DNA of 64,000 bases from contig OZ220089.1 of assembly GCA_964291625.2 (NCBI GenBank), positions 1,792,001-1,856,000 of the forward strand. The letters are read 5' to 3'. Positions 41,631 to 49,767 of this stretch are shown piece after piece. A program made the position numbers and the translations under genes. This DNA comes from Candidatus Latescibacterota bacterium. Its GTDB lineage: Bacteria; Latescibacterota; UBA2968; UBA8231. The notes beneath the pieces were generated by a model. The model did no database searches. It was given only the letters and a program-made list of their open reading frames with translations, and was not told where the DNA came from. How positions within the stretch are numbered: the stretch's first letter is position 1; every line of letters begins with the position of its first letter.

Positions 41631-41677
41631 CGCAAGAGATGTACCCAAGCCGGTGAGACTGCCACAATCGATTGATA
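41631..41677 (-). promoter_or_regulatory. Sigma54 (-24/-12) promoter plus IHF site
   Basis: Minus strand GGGTACATCTCTTGCG (GG-N10-GC) at 41631-41646; TATCAATCGATTG, a perfect WATCAANNNNTTR, at 41665-41677. Confidence 0.65.
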
Positions 41678-41859
41678 GACAGGGAGTTGTGCCAATGCGG
41701 GTTGTTCTTTCGCACCCGTCCTGAGCGAGTAACCAGGGAACACCCCGGTGCGCCCCCGATGCACTCAACGGATTGGCGCCCAAGTAGATAGTGCTGCTGG
41801 TCCCCGACTATACAGTGACGCTGAGTGGGGTCGCCTTTCGTGCCGCTCCCACGCCTGCC

Positions 41860-42150
41860 AGATGCGCCTGGACGTCTTCGGGACCTGGGACTCGTGCGAG
41901 CTGTCGGACTTGATCGAGGACCCCGTCCTCTCTTTCCAGGTCGGCGCGATGAGGCCCGAACCCGCGATCTATGCGGAGACGCTGCGGCGCGTGGGGTGCG
42001 CCGCCTCGCAGGCGGTCTTCGTCGGCGACGGCGGCAGTTCAGAGCTCGCGGGGCCCGGCGGCTCGGCATGGAGCCGATATGGGCGACCTGGGCAGGTCTC
42101 CTCCGGGTCGCTGGCCCTTATGACATCAGACGACCACCGAGTGCCACTCT
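41860..42150 (+). pseudogene. HAD-superfamily hydrolase fragment
   Basis: SFQVGAMRPEPAIY...AVFVGDGGSSELAG (HAD motifs III/IV); no motif I, frameshifted tail. Confidence 0.55.
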
Positions 42151-43105
42151 AGGCCGTCTCTATGTCCTCGAGCAAGGTCGCCACTGTGGTGTGATTCCAT
42201 CCTTCTGGAGCGGGGCCTGCGTAAGCCCAGAGGACATCGAGCACTCGAGCGAGTGAGTGCAGGCGCAAGACCATTCTCCTCTGCTCATCCACAGGGCCAT
42301 ACGCCCGCCAGAATGGCTCGGCTGAACCGGGATCCGGGACGAAGACCGTCAGCAGGAGATCTCTGATATCCGAGAACGCCGGGCCGCGCGTACTGCTGTC
42401 CAGATCGAGGACCGAGACGATTCGACCGGAGACAGGCTCGACTCGGAGGTTGTGCGGCTGGAAGTCATAGTGGACGAAAGACAGTCCCCCTGCCTCCTGG
42501 AGCAGACTTGAGTTTCCCTCCCACAAGCGCACGGCTCGATCGAGCAAGGCCCTGGGCATCCAGGCCTGGTCATTGAGTTGCTCAACGGCGTCGGCGAATC
42601 GGGTGAGGTCTTCAGCGGCCCATGCCTGCGCGTCCACGGGACCTGGGACATCGATGCCGGACTCGTGCATCTCTCTCAAGACGAGCCCGCACTCTTCCAT
42701 GAAGGCGTCCTTCGTTCGTCGGCTGAACCCAGGCCAGGCTTCGTCCGCGTCCTCACCGCCGGCAAGCTCCTGCAGCGCATAGGGATAGTCGATCAGATCA
42801 TCGGCGGGGGACTGGTGGATCCAGGCAGGCGTCGGCACACCCGTCAGTTGCCGGAGTTGGCGAGCGACAGACTCTGCATGCTGCATTCGCTCCGGGTCTG
42901 ACGTTCGGACCCAAACCTTGAGTATCAGCGGATCCGCATCGTCAAAGTCGAGACGGAACGACGCATTCACCTCGCCGCGCATGATCCGCACCAGGCGACG
43001 TGGTCGAGGCAGACCCTCACGTTCACACAGGTCCCGGGCGACAGCGACCGGCACGCGGTATCCGCGGAATGGGCCGTAGTCCAGAATGGGCTCACTCTTC
43101 TCCAC
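42149..43105 (-). CDS. Aminoglycoside/choline phosphotransferase (APH) family protein
   Basis: GEVNASF, FVHYDFQPHNL, VLDLD. Confidence 0.75.
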   Translation of the reverse strand: MEKSEPILDYGPFRGYRVPVAVARDLCEREGLPRPRRLVRIMRGEVNASFRLDFDDADPLILKVWVRTSDPERMQHAESVARQLRQLTGVPTPAWIHQSPADDLIDYPYALQELAGGEDADEAWPGFSRRTKDAFMEECGLVLREMHESGIDVPGPVDAQAWAAEDLTRFADAVEQLNDQAWMPRALLDRAVRLWEGNSSLLQEAGGLSFVHYDFQPHNLRVEPVSGRIVSVLDLDSSTRGPAFSDIRDLLLTVFVPDPGSAEPFWRAYGPVDEQRRMVLRLHSLARVLDVLWAYAGPAPEGWNHTTVATLLEDIETA

Positions 43106-43165
43106 TGTAGCAATCCTGTTGCGCCCTGAGGGCGATGGTCACATGAGATCGGATTGTGGTCATGC

Positions 43166-43717
43166 TCACTCCTCCCACAGCCGGGAAAAGCTCAACGGCT
43201 CGTCTCCGGGGCCCGTGAGCAGATACACGTCCGGGTTCGACAGTCCCTCCCATCCCCGGTAGCCGAAGGTGGCGTCGATGGAGTTCAGGATCAGGCTCAT
43301 CAGGTTTCCGTGGGTAACGGCCACTGGCAGTCCGAACTCTCCATGCAGAAGCTCGTTCAGGCTCGCCCAGCCCCTGGCCAGCACCTCCCGGGCCGATTCC
43401 CCGCCGGGCGCGCGCAGGTCCAGGTCCCCAAACGAGTCCCGGACCACCTCCCTCCAGCTCTCCAGGGGAACGTCAGACAGCCTCCTCTCGTTGAGGCGGC
43501 CATCCACCCGAAGGGGCAGGCCCAACGCCGCGGCCAGCGGTTCGGCGCTCTGCTGCGCTCGCCAGTACTCGCTGGCCACAACCGTGTCGACAGGTTCCCC
43601 CGACAGGAGGTCACGCAGGGCTTCGGCCTGCCTGAGCCCCTCCGTCGTCAGGGCAGCGTCGGGGTCCTGCCCCGCGGCCTGGCAATGGCGGACCAGGATC
43701 AGTCTGCGCACTGGCAT
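43166..43717 (-). CDS. Histidine phosphatase family protein
   Basis: LVRHCQA, RAQQSA, RLNE, GGES, VTHG. Confidence 0.85.
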   Translation of the reverse strand: MPVRRLILVRHCQAAGQDPDAALTTEGLRQAEALRDLLSGEPVDTVVASEYWRAQQSAEPLAAALGLPLRVDGRLNERRLSDVPLESWREVVRDSFGDLDLRAPGGESAREVLARGWASLNELLHGEFGLPVAVTHGNLMSLILNSIDATFGYRGWEGLSNPDVYLLTGPGDEPLSFSRLWEE

Positions 43718-43734
43718 GCTCTCACGGACCCAGC

Positions 43735-44489
43735 CTACCTGGAGGTGCCACTTGTCCCAAGGGCCTTCACCTGTCCCCAGCTGGGCCTGACGGCGGTGGC
43801 GGTCTCCCGCAGACGGACGTACACGGGTTCGGATTCCTCATCCAGCGAAAAGGCGCTGATGGCGAATACCGCGTGGCCGTCATCTGGTTCGTCGACCTTC
43901 CACTGGACGATGGGCTCCGTGGCTTCGACCTGTGCCACAAGCATCAACCGTGGCTCATCGAGGTCGGAGCTTTCCATCTCCCTGTAGATCGAATACCCCA
44001 CGGCCCCGTCCACCGCCGACCAGAAGATGACATAGGCAACTGCTCCGTCAGGCTTGGTGGTCTGCTCCACCCATACCGAGTCCGGCGGCGGCGGGACAAA
44101 CCGCGGAATCTCCGGTAGATGGACATACGCAAACTCGGACTCCTCGTCCCCCTGAACGGTAGCGATGGCGAAGACCGCGGCGTCCCCGTCGAGTGTAGCT
44201 GCCATCCACTCAACAGGCTCTGTCGTCTCCACGAACCCCCAGGGGATCCACTCGAACCTCGGCTGCTCCAGCTCGACAAGGTTGCCGTCCTCGTCAAGAC
44301 CTGTTGTAACCGCTACTTCCCGGTAGATCCGATACCCGTCCGCGCCCTCCACGGCTGTCCAGTAGACGATGTAGCCCGACCTTCCGTCAGGCCAGGTCGC
44401 CGGCTCTACCCAGACGGAGTCCGGCGGCATCGGTCGAGCGAGGGCCAGATCGGCGAGGAGAAGCAGGGGGAAGACGAAGAACCCTACGC
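43735..44489 (-). CDS. Secreted protein with two FN3-like repeats and a C-terminal TAVRPSWGQVK motif (start uncertain)
   Basis: Internal repeat PPDSVWVE...YI.YW.AV.GA.GY.IYRE twice; hydrophobic signal-like segment without a nearby start codon. Confidence 0.6.
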
Positions 44490-45281
44490 CTACGATCCAG
44501 TGCCTCGGTACGACCTGATCCCGTGTCTCCAGAACTGGTAGCTCGCCAGGACGAGCACGACCGCCACCAGTGGCGACAACAGCCCCCATTCGCTCCCCGC
44601 CTCCTTCTTTCCCAACAGGAAGAGCGCCGGATAGTACGCGACAAACGCGTATGGGAGGACGAAGGTAAGCAATCCTCTCAAGGGAGGCCCGTAGATGCTC
44701 AGAGGATAACGCGTCAGCTCGTAGACGCTGATGACGAGACTGCAGACCGAGTGCGTTCGAGTCACCCAGAAGGAAGCCGTTCCGATGAAGAGCATGATGG
44801 CAAACCAGATCACGTTCCCGGAGACCACGGTCACCACCAGGAACAGGAGATTGGCCACCCCCCAATCTATTCCGGCGATCTGGGCCGCCACCACCAAGTA
44901 GACGATCCCCACCACCAGGTTGCCCAGCCCCAGGGGGGTATAGCGGCGGGCCACGAGGTAGAAGAGGGTGTTGACAGGCAGGCAGAGGAGCTGGTCGAAG
45001 GTGCCGTCCCTGATGTTCTCATCCAGGTAGATGACACTGTTCGTAAAGGCGTGGTGAAAGCTCATGCCGATGATGGAGAGCGCGTACAAAAAGAACAGTT
45101 CCGGGAAAGTCCATCCGGCGATCTCCTCCACATGGGTGAAAACCACGCCGATCGTGGCGAGGCCCGCGCCGGTGGTGGCAATCATGGCGAGGAAGGAGAG
45201 CCAGAAGCTGGCCTTGTACTCCGCCATGCTCTTGAGATGACTGAGGAAGAGGAAGCCGTAGAGGCTCATGTACCGGGTCAA
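44490..45281 (-). CDS. ABC-2 family permease (DUF990-like)
   Basis: IAGWTFPE, IRDGTFDQLL.LP, RYPLSIY. Confidence 0.85.
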   Translation of the reverse strand: MTRYMSLYGFLFLSHLKSMAEYKASFWLSFLAMIATTGAGLATIGVVFTHVEEIAGWTFPELFFLYALSIIGMSFHHAFTNSVIYLDENIRDGTFDQLLCLPVNTLFYLVARRYTPLGLGNLVVGIVYLVVAAQIAGIDWGVANLLFLVVTVVSGNVIWFAIMLFIGTASFWVTRTHSVCSLVISVYELTRYPLSIYGPPLRGLLTFVLPYAFVAYYPALFLLGKKEAGSEWGLLSPLVAVVLVLASYQFWRHGIRSYRGTGS

Positions 45282-45284
45282 CTG

Positions 45285-46076
45285 TCACCCTCCCAGAACG
45301 ACGACCTTGGGGAGTGCCTTTCTCCACAGCACCTGGGAGACAAGCAGCAGGACCAGTATCCATCCCAGTTGCTCGGCGATCAGCAGCGAGGGTCCGCCGG
45401 GAGACTCGAGGCCCAGAAAGATGGAGAGCGGCGTGTAGAAGCAACCCTTGAAAGGCATGAAGGCGAGGACATCGCGCACCACGGCCGGGAAGAAGTCCAG
45501 TGGCATGATTCCTCCCGCGCACAAGGTCATGAATACGTTCTTGAACATGTTCACGCCGTACGTCTGCGTGATCCAGAAGGCGAGGCTTCCCAGGGACAGG
45601 TCGATCAGGAAGTACACGACGAAACCCAGGGCGCAGCTGAGGACCGCCGCCAACACCCGGGCGGGCTCCATGGGGACGGCTATGTCGAGGACATAGCCAA
45701 AGACGAGGACCACGGGCAAGGCCTTGAAGAGCAGATTGAAGATCGCCTGTCCGACGGCCGTGTAGAGGAGCACCCGTTGATAGTCGATGGGCTTGGTCAG
45801 TTCGATGGCGATCTCGCCTCCATAGACCTTGTTGCCCACGATCACGTTCACATCCTGCCGCACCACGAAGCCGATGAGCGTCGAGACCAGCGTGTAGGCG
45901 ATCATCGAGGCGAGGGAGATGCCCTCTATTTCCGACCGCCCGGCGTACACGGCCCGCCACAGATAGTAGCAGGACAGGAGGTACACGCAGCCGGCTGACA
46001 CGTCCGCCAGGAACTGGGTCCTGTATACGAGCCCCTCCTGGAAGGTGACCTTCACAACTCCTGTGAAACGGCCCAT
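45285..46076 (-). CDS. ABC-2 family permease (DUF990-like)
   Basis: GEIAIELTKPIDY, GGIMPLDFFP, ends VVLGG. Confidence 0.85.
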   Translation of the reverse strand: MGRFTGVVKVTFQEGLVYRTQFLADVSAGCVYLLSCYYLWRAVYAGRSEIEGISLASMIAYTLVSTLIGFVVRQDVNVIVGNKVYGGEIAIELTKPIDYQRVLLYTAVGQAIFNLLFKALPVVLVFGYVLDIAVPMEPARVLAAVLSCALGFVVYFLIDLSLGSLAFWITQTYGVNMFKNVFMTLCAGGIMPLDFFPAVVRDVLAFMPFKGCFYTPLSIFLGLESPGGPSLLIAEQLGWILVLLLVSQVLWRKALPKVVVLGG

Positions 46077-46080
46077 CCTG

Positions 46081-47073
46081 CTAGTCCGCCGCCGCTTTCT
46101 CCTGGTACAGCCTCTTGACTATGGTGCCGATCTCCTGCTCCTGTATGACGAGATCCCGTACGTCGTTGTGGGCGGCGATCTCGGTGATCAGTCGGGTCGT
46201 CGACAGCTGCGAGCCGTCGAATTGCACGCGAATCCTGTTGCCTTGCCCGTCCACCTCCGCCACCTCCTTCAGGCCATCGAGTCTTCGGGGTGGGTGGCCG
46301 AGCTCCAAGGTCATGGTCCGCGTCTTTCCATAGATGCCCTTCAACTCCTCCAGGCCCCCGTCGAAGAGGATCGTCCCTTTGTCGATCACCATGATTCGCT
46401 CGCAGAGCTTCTCCACATCCTCCAGGTCATGGCTCGTGAGTACGATCGTTACGCCATGCTCCCGGTTCAGATGGACGAAGAAGTCACGGATCTTCTCCTT
46501 GATGACGATGTCCAGCCCGATGGTGGGCTCGTCCAGGTAGATGATCGGTGGCCTGTGGAGGAGGGAGAGGGCGATGTTGCACAGCATCTTCTGCCCCAGG
46601 CTCAGGCTGCGGGCATTCTTTCCCAACTGGCCGCCGACATCGAGAGTGGATGAGAAGAGGCCCATCTGGTCTCGATAGAAGGAGGAAGAGAGGCCGTACA
46701 ACCTGCGGTGCAGCTCGAACGACTCGATCACGGGAAGGTCCCACCGCAACTGGGAGCGCTGCCCGAAGACTACGCCGATGTTTCTCGCATTCTCCATGCG
46801 CTTTGAATAGGGCTCGAGGCCGAGCACCTCGACTCGTCCTGCCGAAGGCGTGAGGATGCCGGTCAGCAGCTTGATGGTCGTCGACTTTCCGGCGCCATTG
46901 GGCCCCAGGTAAGCGACGACTTCTCCCGCCTCGATGGTGAAATCCAGGTCTTGGATGGCGGGCAGCAGCGTGCTTCGCGGGAAGAGCAGGTTGCTGACCG
47001 CCCCCTTGAGCCCCGGCTCCCTGCGGGGAATCCGGTAAGTCTTGGACAGCCCCCTCACGGTGATGACCGGCAC
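46081..47073 (-). CDS. ABC transporter ATP-binding protein
   Basis: GPNGAGKST, VVFGQRSQL.WDLP, LSLGQKM, LDEPTIGLD. Confidence 0.92.
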   Translation of the reverse strand: MPVITVRGLSKTYRIPRREPGLKGAVSNLLFPRSTLLPAIQDLDFTIEAGEVVAYLGPNGAGKSTTIKLLTGILTPSAGRVEVLGLEPYSKRMENARNIGVVFGQRSQLRWDLPVIESFELHRRLYGLSSSFYRDQMGLFSSTLDVGGQLGKNARSLSLGQKMLCNIALSLLHRPPIIYLDEPTIGLDIVIKEKIRDFFVHLNREHGVTIVLTSHDLEDVEKLCERIMVIDKGTILFDGGLEELKGIYGKTRTMTLELGHPPRRLDGLKEVAEVDGQGNRIRVQFDGSQLSTTRLITEIAAHNDVRDLVIQEQEIGTIVKRLYQEKAAAD

Positions 47074-47132
47074 CTGCGCCCCGCCTTTCTCACCCCCGAT
47101 GGTGTGGATCCCGCCTCCGCCGGAGGCGGCCG

Positions 47133-48146
47133 TCACATCTTCCAGCCGATGACGATGCTCTGCTCGGGATCGATGGGCCGGACCTCGCTGCGGGCGAACC
47201 CCGCTTCGGCCATCATCTCCTGGATCTCGGTACCCGTGTACTGGCGGGCCTCGATGTTGTTGTAGAACACGTGCAGCCCCTGGAAGGCGGCCAGCAGAGG
47301 ACCCGTCTTCTCCTCGCTGAGCAGGAACTCCTCGGCCAGGACCACGCCGTCGTCGGGCAGGGCCTCGCAGGCGCGCCGCAGTATCCGCAGGCACCGCTCC
47401 CGCCCCCAGTCGTGCAGGATGTGGGACAGCAGGAAGACGTCGGTTCCGTGCGGCAGCTCGTCTTCGAAGAAGGTCCCGGTCTGGAAACGGATCGTGCCCG
47501 ACTCGTCGGTCCGGGAGAGCCCCTCCTCCGCCGCCTCGCGGTTGTACTCCAGGTCGAAGACGATCGCCTCCAGGTGAGGGAAGCGCCTCACGATGCCCAC
47601 CAGGTGGCCGCCCGTGGCTCCGCCCAGGTCGGTGACCATGCGGAAAGGCGTGAAGTCGAAGGCCTTGGCCACGCAGTCGCCCCAGAGGATGCGCAGACGA
47701 TGGCGCTTCGGGTAGAAGGGGAAAGGCTGCTTCTTGCCCGTGGCCGCGTCGAGCCATCCGTCTCCGGACCGTGGTTTGTCGGTGAGCACGGCCTGCCTGA
47801 TCTTGTCGCCGCGGTCGGCGTCCACGTACCCGGCCCGTCCGAAGGCGGTGTACTGGTTGTACATCTCCCCTCCCTCGACCAGGAAGGCCTCCATGTCGGG
47901 CACGTTCCCGTAGCGATCGCCGACCTTGCGCAGCACGCCGATGGAAGCGCAGGTCACGGCCAGTACTTCCGCCGGCCGCGTCCGGATCTCCATGGCCTCG
48001 GCGATCTGCGGGATCGTCCTGGGCCCGTCCGCCAGCCGGGTGAAGAGCCCGAGTTCGACGGCGCAGGCCACCACGTCCTGGGCCTCGGCGCCGCAACTGA
48101 GCCGCCAGAGGGTGTAGTAGGTCTCCAGGTCTCGGTCCGTGCTCAT
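47133..48146 (-). CDS. O-methyltransferase (dimerisation + Methyltransf_2)
   Basis: DLGGATGG, VFDL, LSHILHDW. Confidence 0.88.
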   Translation of the reverse strand: MSTDRDLETYYTLWRLSCGAEAQDVVACAVELGLFTRLADGPRTIPQIAEAMEIRTRPAEVLAVTCASIGVLRKVGDRYGNVPDMEAFLVEGGEMYNQYTAFGRAGYVDADRGDKIRQAVLTDKPRSGDGWLDAATGKKQPFPFYPKRHRLRILWGDCVAKAFDFTPFRMVTDLGGATGGHLVGIVRRFPHLEAIVFDLEYNREAAEEGLSRTDESGTIRFQTGTFFEDELPHGTDVFLLSHILHDWGRERCLRILRRACEALPDDGVVLAEEFLLSEEKTGPLLAAFQGLHVFYNNIEARQYTGTEIQEMMAEAGFARSEVRPIDPEQSIVIGWKM

Positions 48147-48372
48147 CTCTCCTCCAATCTGCTCAGAGCCTTCCGAGCCTCGGCCGGGATCGGCCGAGGA
48201 CAGGAACCTTCTACGGGCATAAGGCGGACAGTGTCAAGAAACACCCCGAGGCCTCGGGGGCCTGCCTGGAAAGGCACCCGGGCGCCCCCGGGGTGTCAGC
48301 GTCTCCGGTGATCGACAGGCACCGGCCAGGGCCTGGAGCCAGGGCATCCCCGGCGCCAAAGAGCGAGGCGCC

Positions 48373-48822
48373 TCAACTCCGGGGGGTCACCTGTGGGAAG
48401 AAGGCGGCGATGATCTTCCACTCGCCCTTGATGCGGCCGGTGAACCACACATTGCGGGTGTCGTCCCAGCGGACGTACACCTCGCCGCTGTCCGACCGCC
48501 AGCGCCCCGATTCCCGAACCACGGAGACTGCCATGTTCCCGCGAATCTCCGTCTTCAGGATCTCCTGCTCCTGCTCGTAGTGGGCGCCGTCCGGCATGCG
48601 GGTCTCGCCCCATTCCTGCATCTCGCTCTGCATCAGAAAGAGGTGGGGAACCCAGTCCATGGGATCCGTCGACTTGCACCCGAACCACCGGAAGTAGCTC
48701 TCGTCATGGCAGGCCCGGACCGCGTCCCAGTCCTGCTCCTTGTGGGCCTGCTGGTAGCGGTTCAGCAGTCGGTGGATCTCCTCGATGTCGCTGCGGTCAG
48801 TCAACTGGCTCTCCCTGGGCAT
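48373..48822 (-). CDS. NTF2/SnoaL-like protein
   Basis: EIHRLLNRYQQAH..QDWDAVRAC...EIRGNMAV...GEWKI. Confidence 0.7.
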   Translation of the reverse strand: MPRESQLTDRSDIEEIHRLLNRYQQAHKEQDWDAVRACHDESYFRWFGCKSTDPMDWVPHLFLMQSEMQEWGETRMPDGAHYEQEQEILKTEIRGNMAVSVVRESGRWRSDSGEVYVRWDDTRNVWFTGRIKGEWKIIAAFFPQVTPRS

Positions 48823-49198
48823 CGGCGGTGAACGTGTAGCCCACGCCGACCGGCACCTCGCGCCTGTCGACCTTGCGCACTACCGACTCGCCCTTCGCTG
48901 CGGCCCTGGACGAGTCCCGGCGGGCGAGGCCCTCCGGCGCGGAGGTAGTGGGAATCACGACCGCATGCTCACCGACGTACACGGCCGAGATCGTGCATCC
49001 CAATCCGTTCTTCAACTCTTCCACCCGGGCGGAGAAGGCCTTCAGCAGTTCCCTCCGGCGGCGAGGATCGCCTTCCCTCTGCAGCAGTCGGCCCAGGGTT
49101 CTGGCGGCGAGGTGGTCCGGAGTGGCGGGGTCGTACTCGGACAGCAGTTGTGACAGCCCGTCCCCCCTTCGAGGATGCTCTGGTTTCATCGCCCTCAC
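48797..49198 (-). CDS. Hypothetical protein downstream of ECF sigma (possible anti-sigma)
   Basis: Overlaps the sigma stop; position only. Confidence 0.4.
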   Translation of the reverse strand: MRAMKPEHPRRGDGLSQLLSEYDPATPDHLAARTLGRLLQREGDPRRRRELLKAFSARVEELKNGLGCTISAVYVGEHAVVIPTTSAPEGLARRDSSRAAAKGESVVRKVDRREVPVGVGYTFTADAQGEPVD

Positions 49199-49749
49199 TC
49201 GATCAGGTCGGAGAGGTGGGCCCGCAGTTGCCGGCGCGCCGAGTGCAGACGCCAGCGGACGGCTCCGACCGAGCAGCCCGCCGTCTCGGCGATCTCCTCG
49301 TAGGAGAGGCCGTGGTACTCGCGCAAAGTCAGGACGAGGCGCCTCGGGTCGTCAAGCTCCTGGAGGGCCGACTGGATCCTGCTCGCCAGCTCGGCGGCGG
49401 GCCTCGATCCGGGCTCCATGAGATCACGGTCGAGATCGATGTCGGCCTCGATCGACAGGTGCCTCCGGCGCTGGCGGTACTTGTGATGGTCGCGGACCAG
49501 GTTGCTGGCGATGGCCCAGAACCACGAGCGGAAACGCCCCGGGTCCTCCAGGCCCGAGAGGGACTCGTATACGCGCACGAAGGTCTCCTGCGCGAGGTCC
49601 TCCGCATCCGGCCCGCGGCCTGTCATGCGCAGGAAGAACCGGTAGACGGCTCCCTGGTAGCGGCCGACGAGTCGGGCGAAGGCGTCCACGTCCCCACGCG
49701 CAAAGCGCCGTACCAGTTCCTCGTCTTCCGGGTCGTTCTCGATGTGCAT
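49195..49749 (-). CDS. ECF RNA polymerase sigma factor
   Basis: DAEDLAQETFVR, FRSWFWAIASN, GLSYEEIAETAGCSVGAVRWRLHSAR. Confidence 0.92.
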   Translation of the reverse strand: MHIENDPEDEELVRRFARGDVDAFARLVGRYQGAVYRFFLRMTGRGPDAEDLAQETFVRVYESLSGLEDPGRFRSWFWAIASNLVRDHHKYRQRRRHLSIEADIDLDRDLMEPGSRPAAELASRIQSALQELDDPRRLVLTLREYHGLSYEEIAETAGCSVGAVRWRLHSARRQLRAHLSDLIE

Positions 49750-49767
49750 GGTTCACCCTGAAACTCT

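Noticed and set aside
41678-41695. TGGCAC as an alternative sigma54 -24 box
   Set aside because: No GC at the -12 position.
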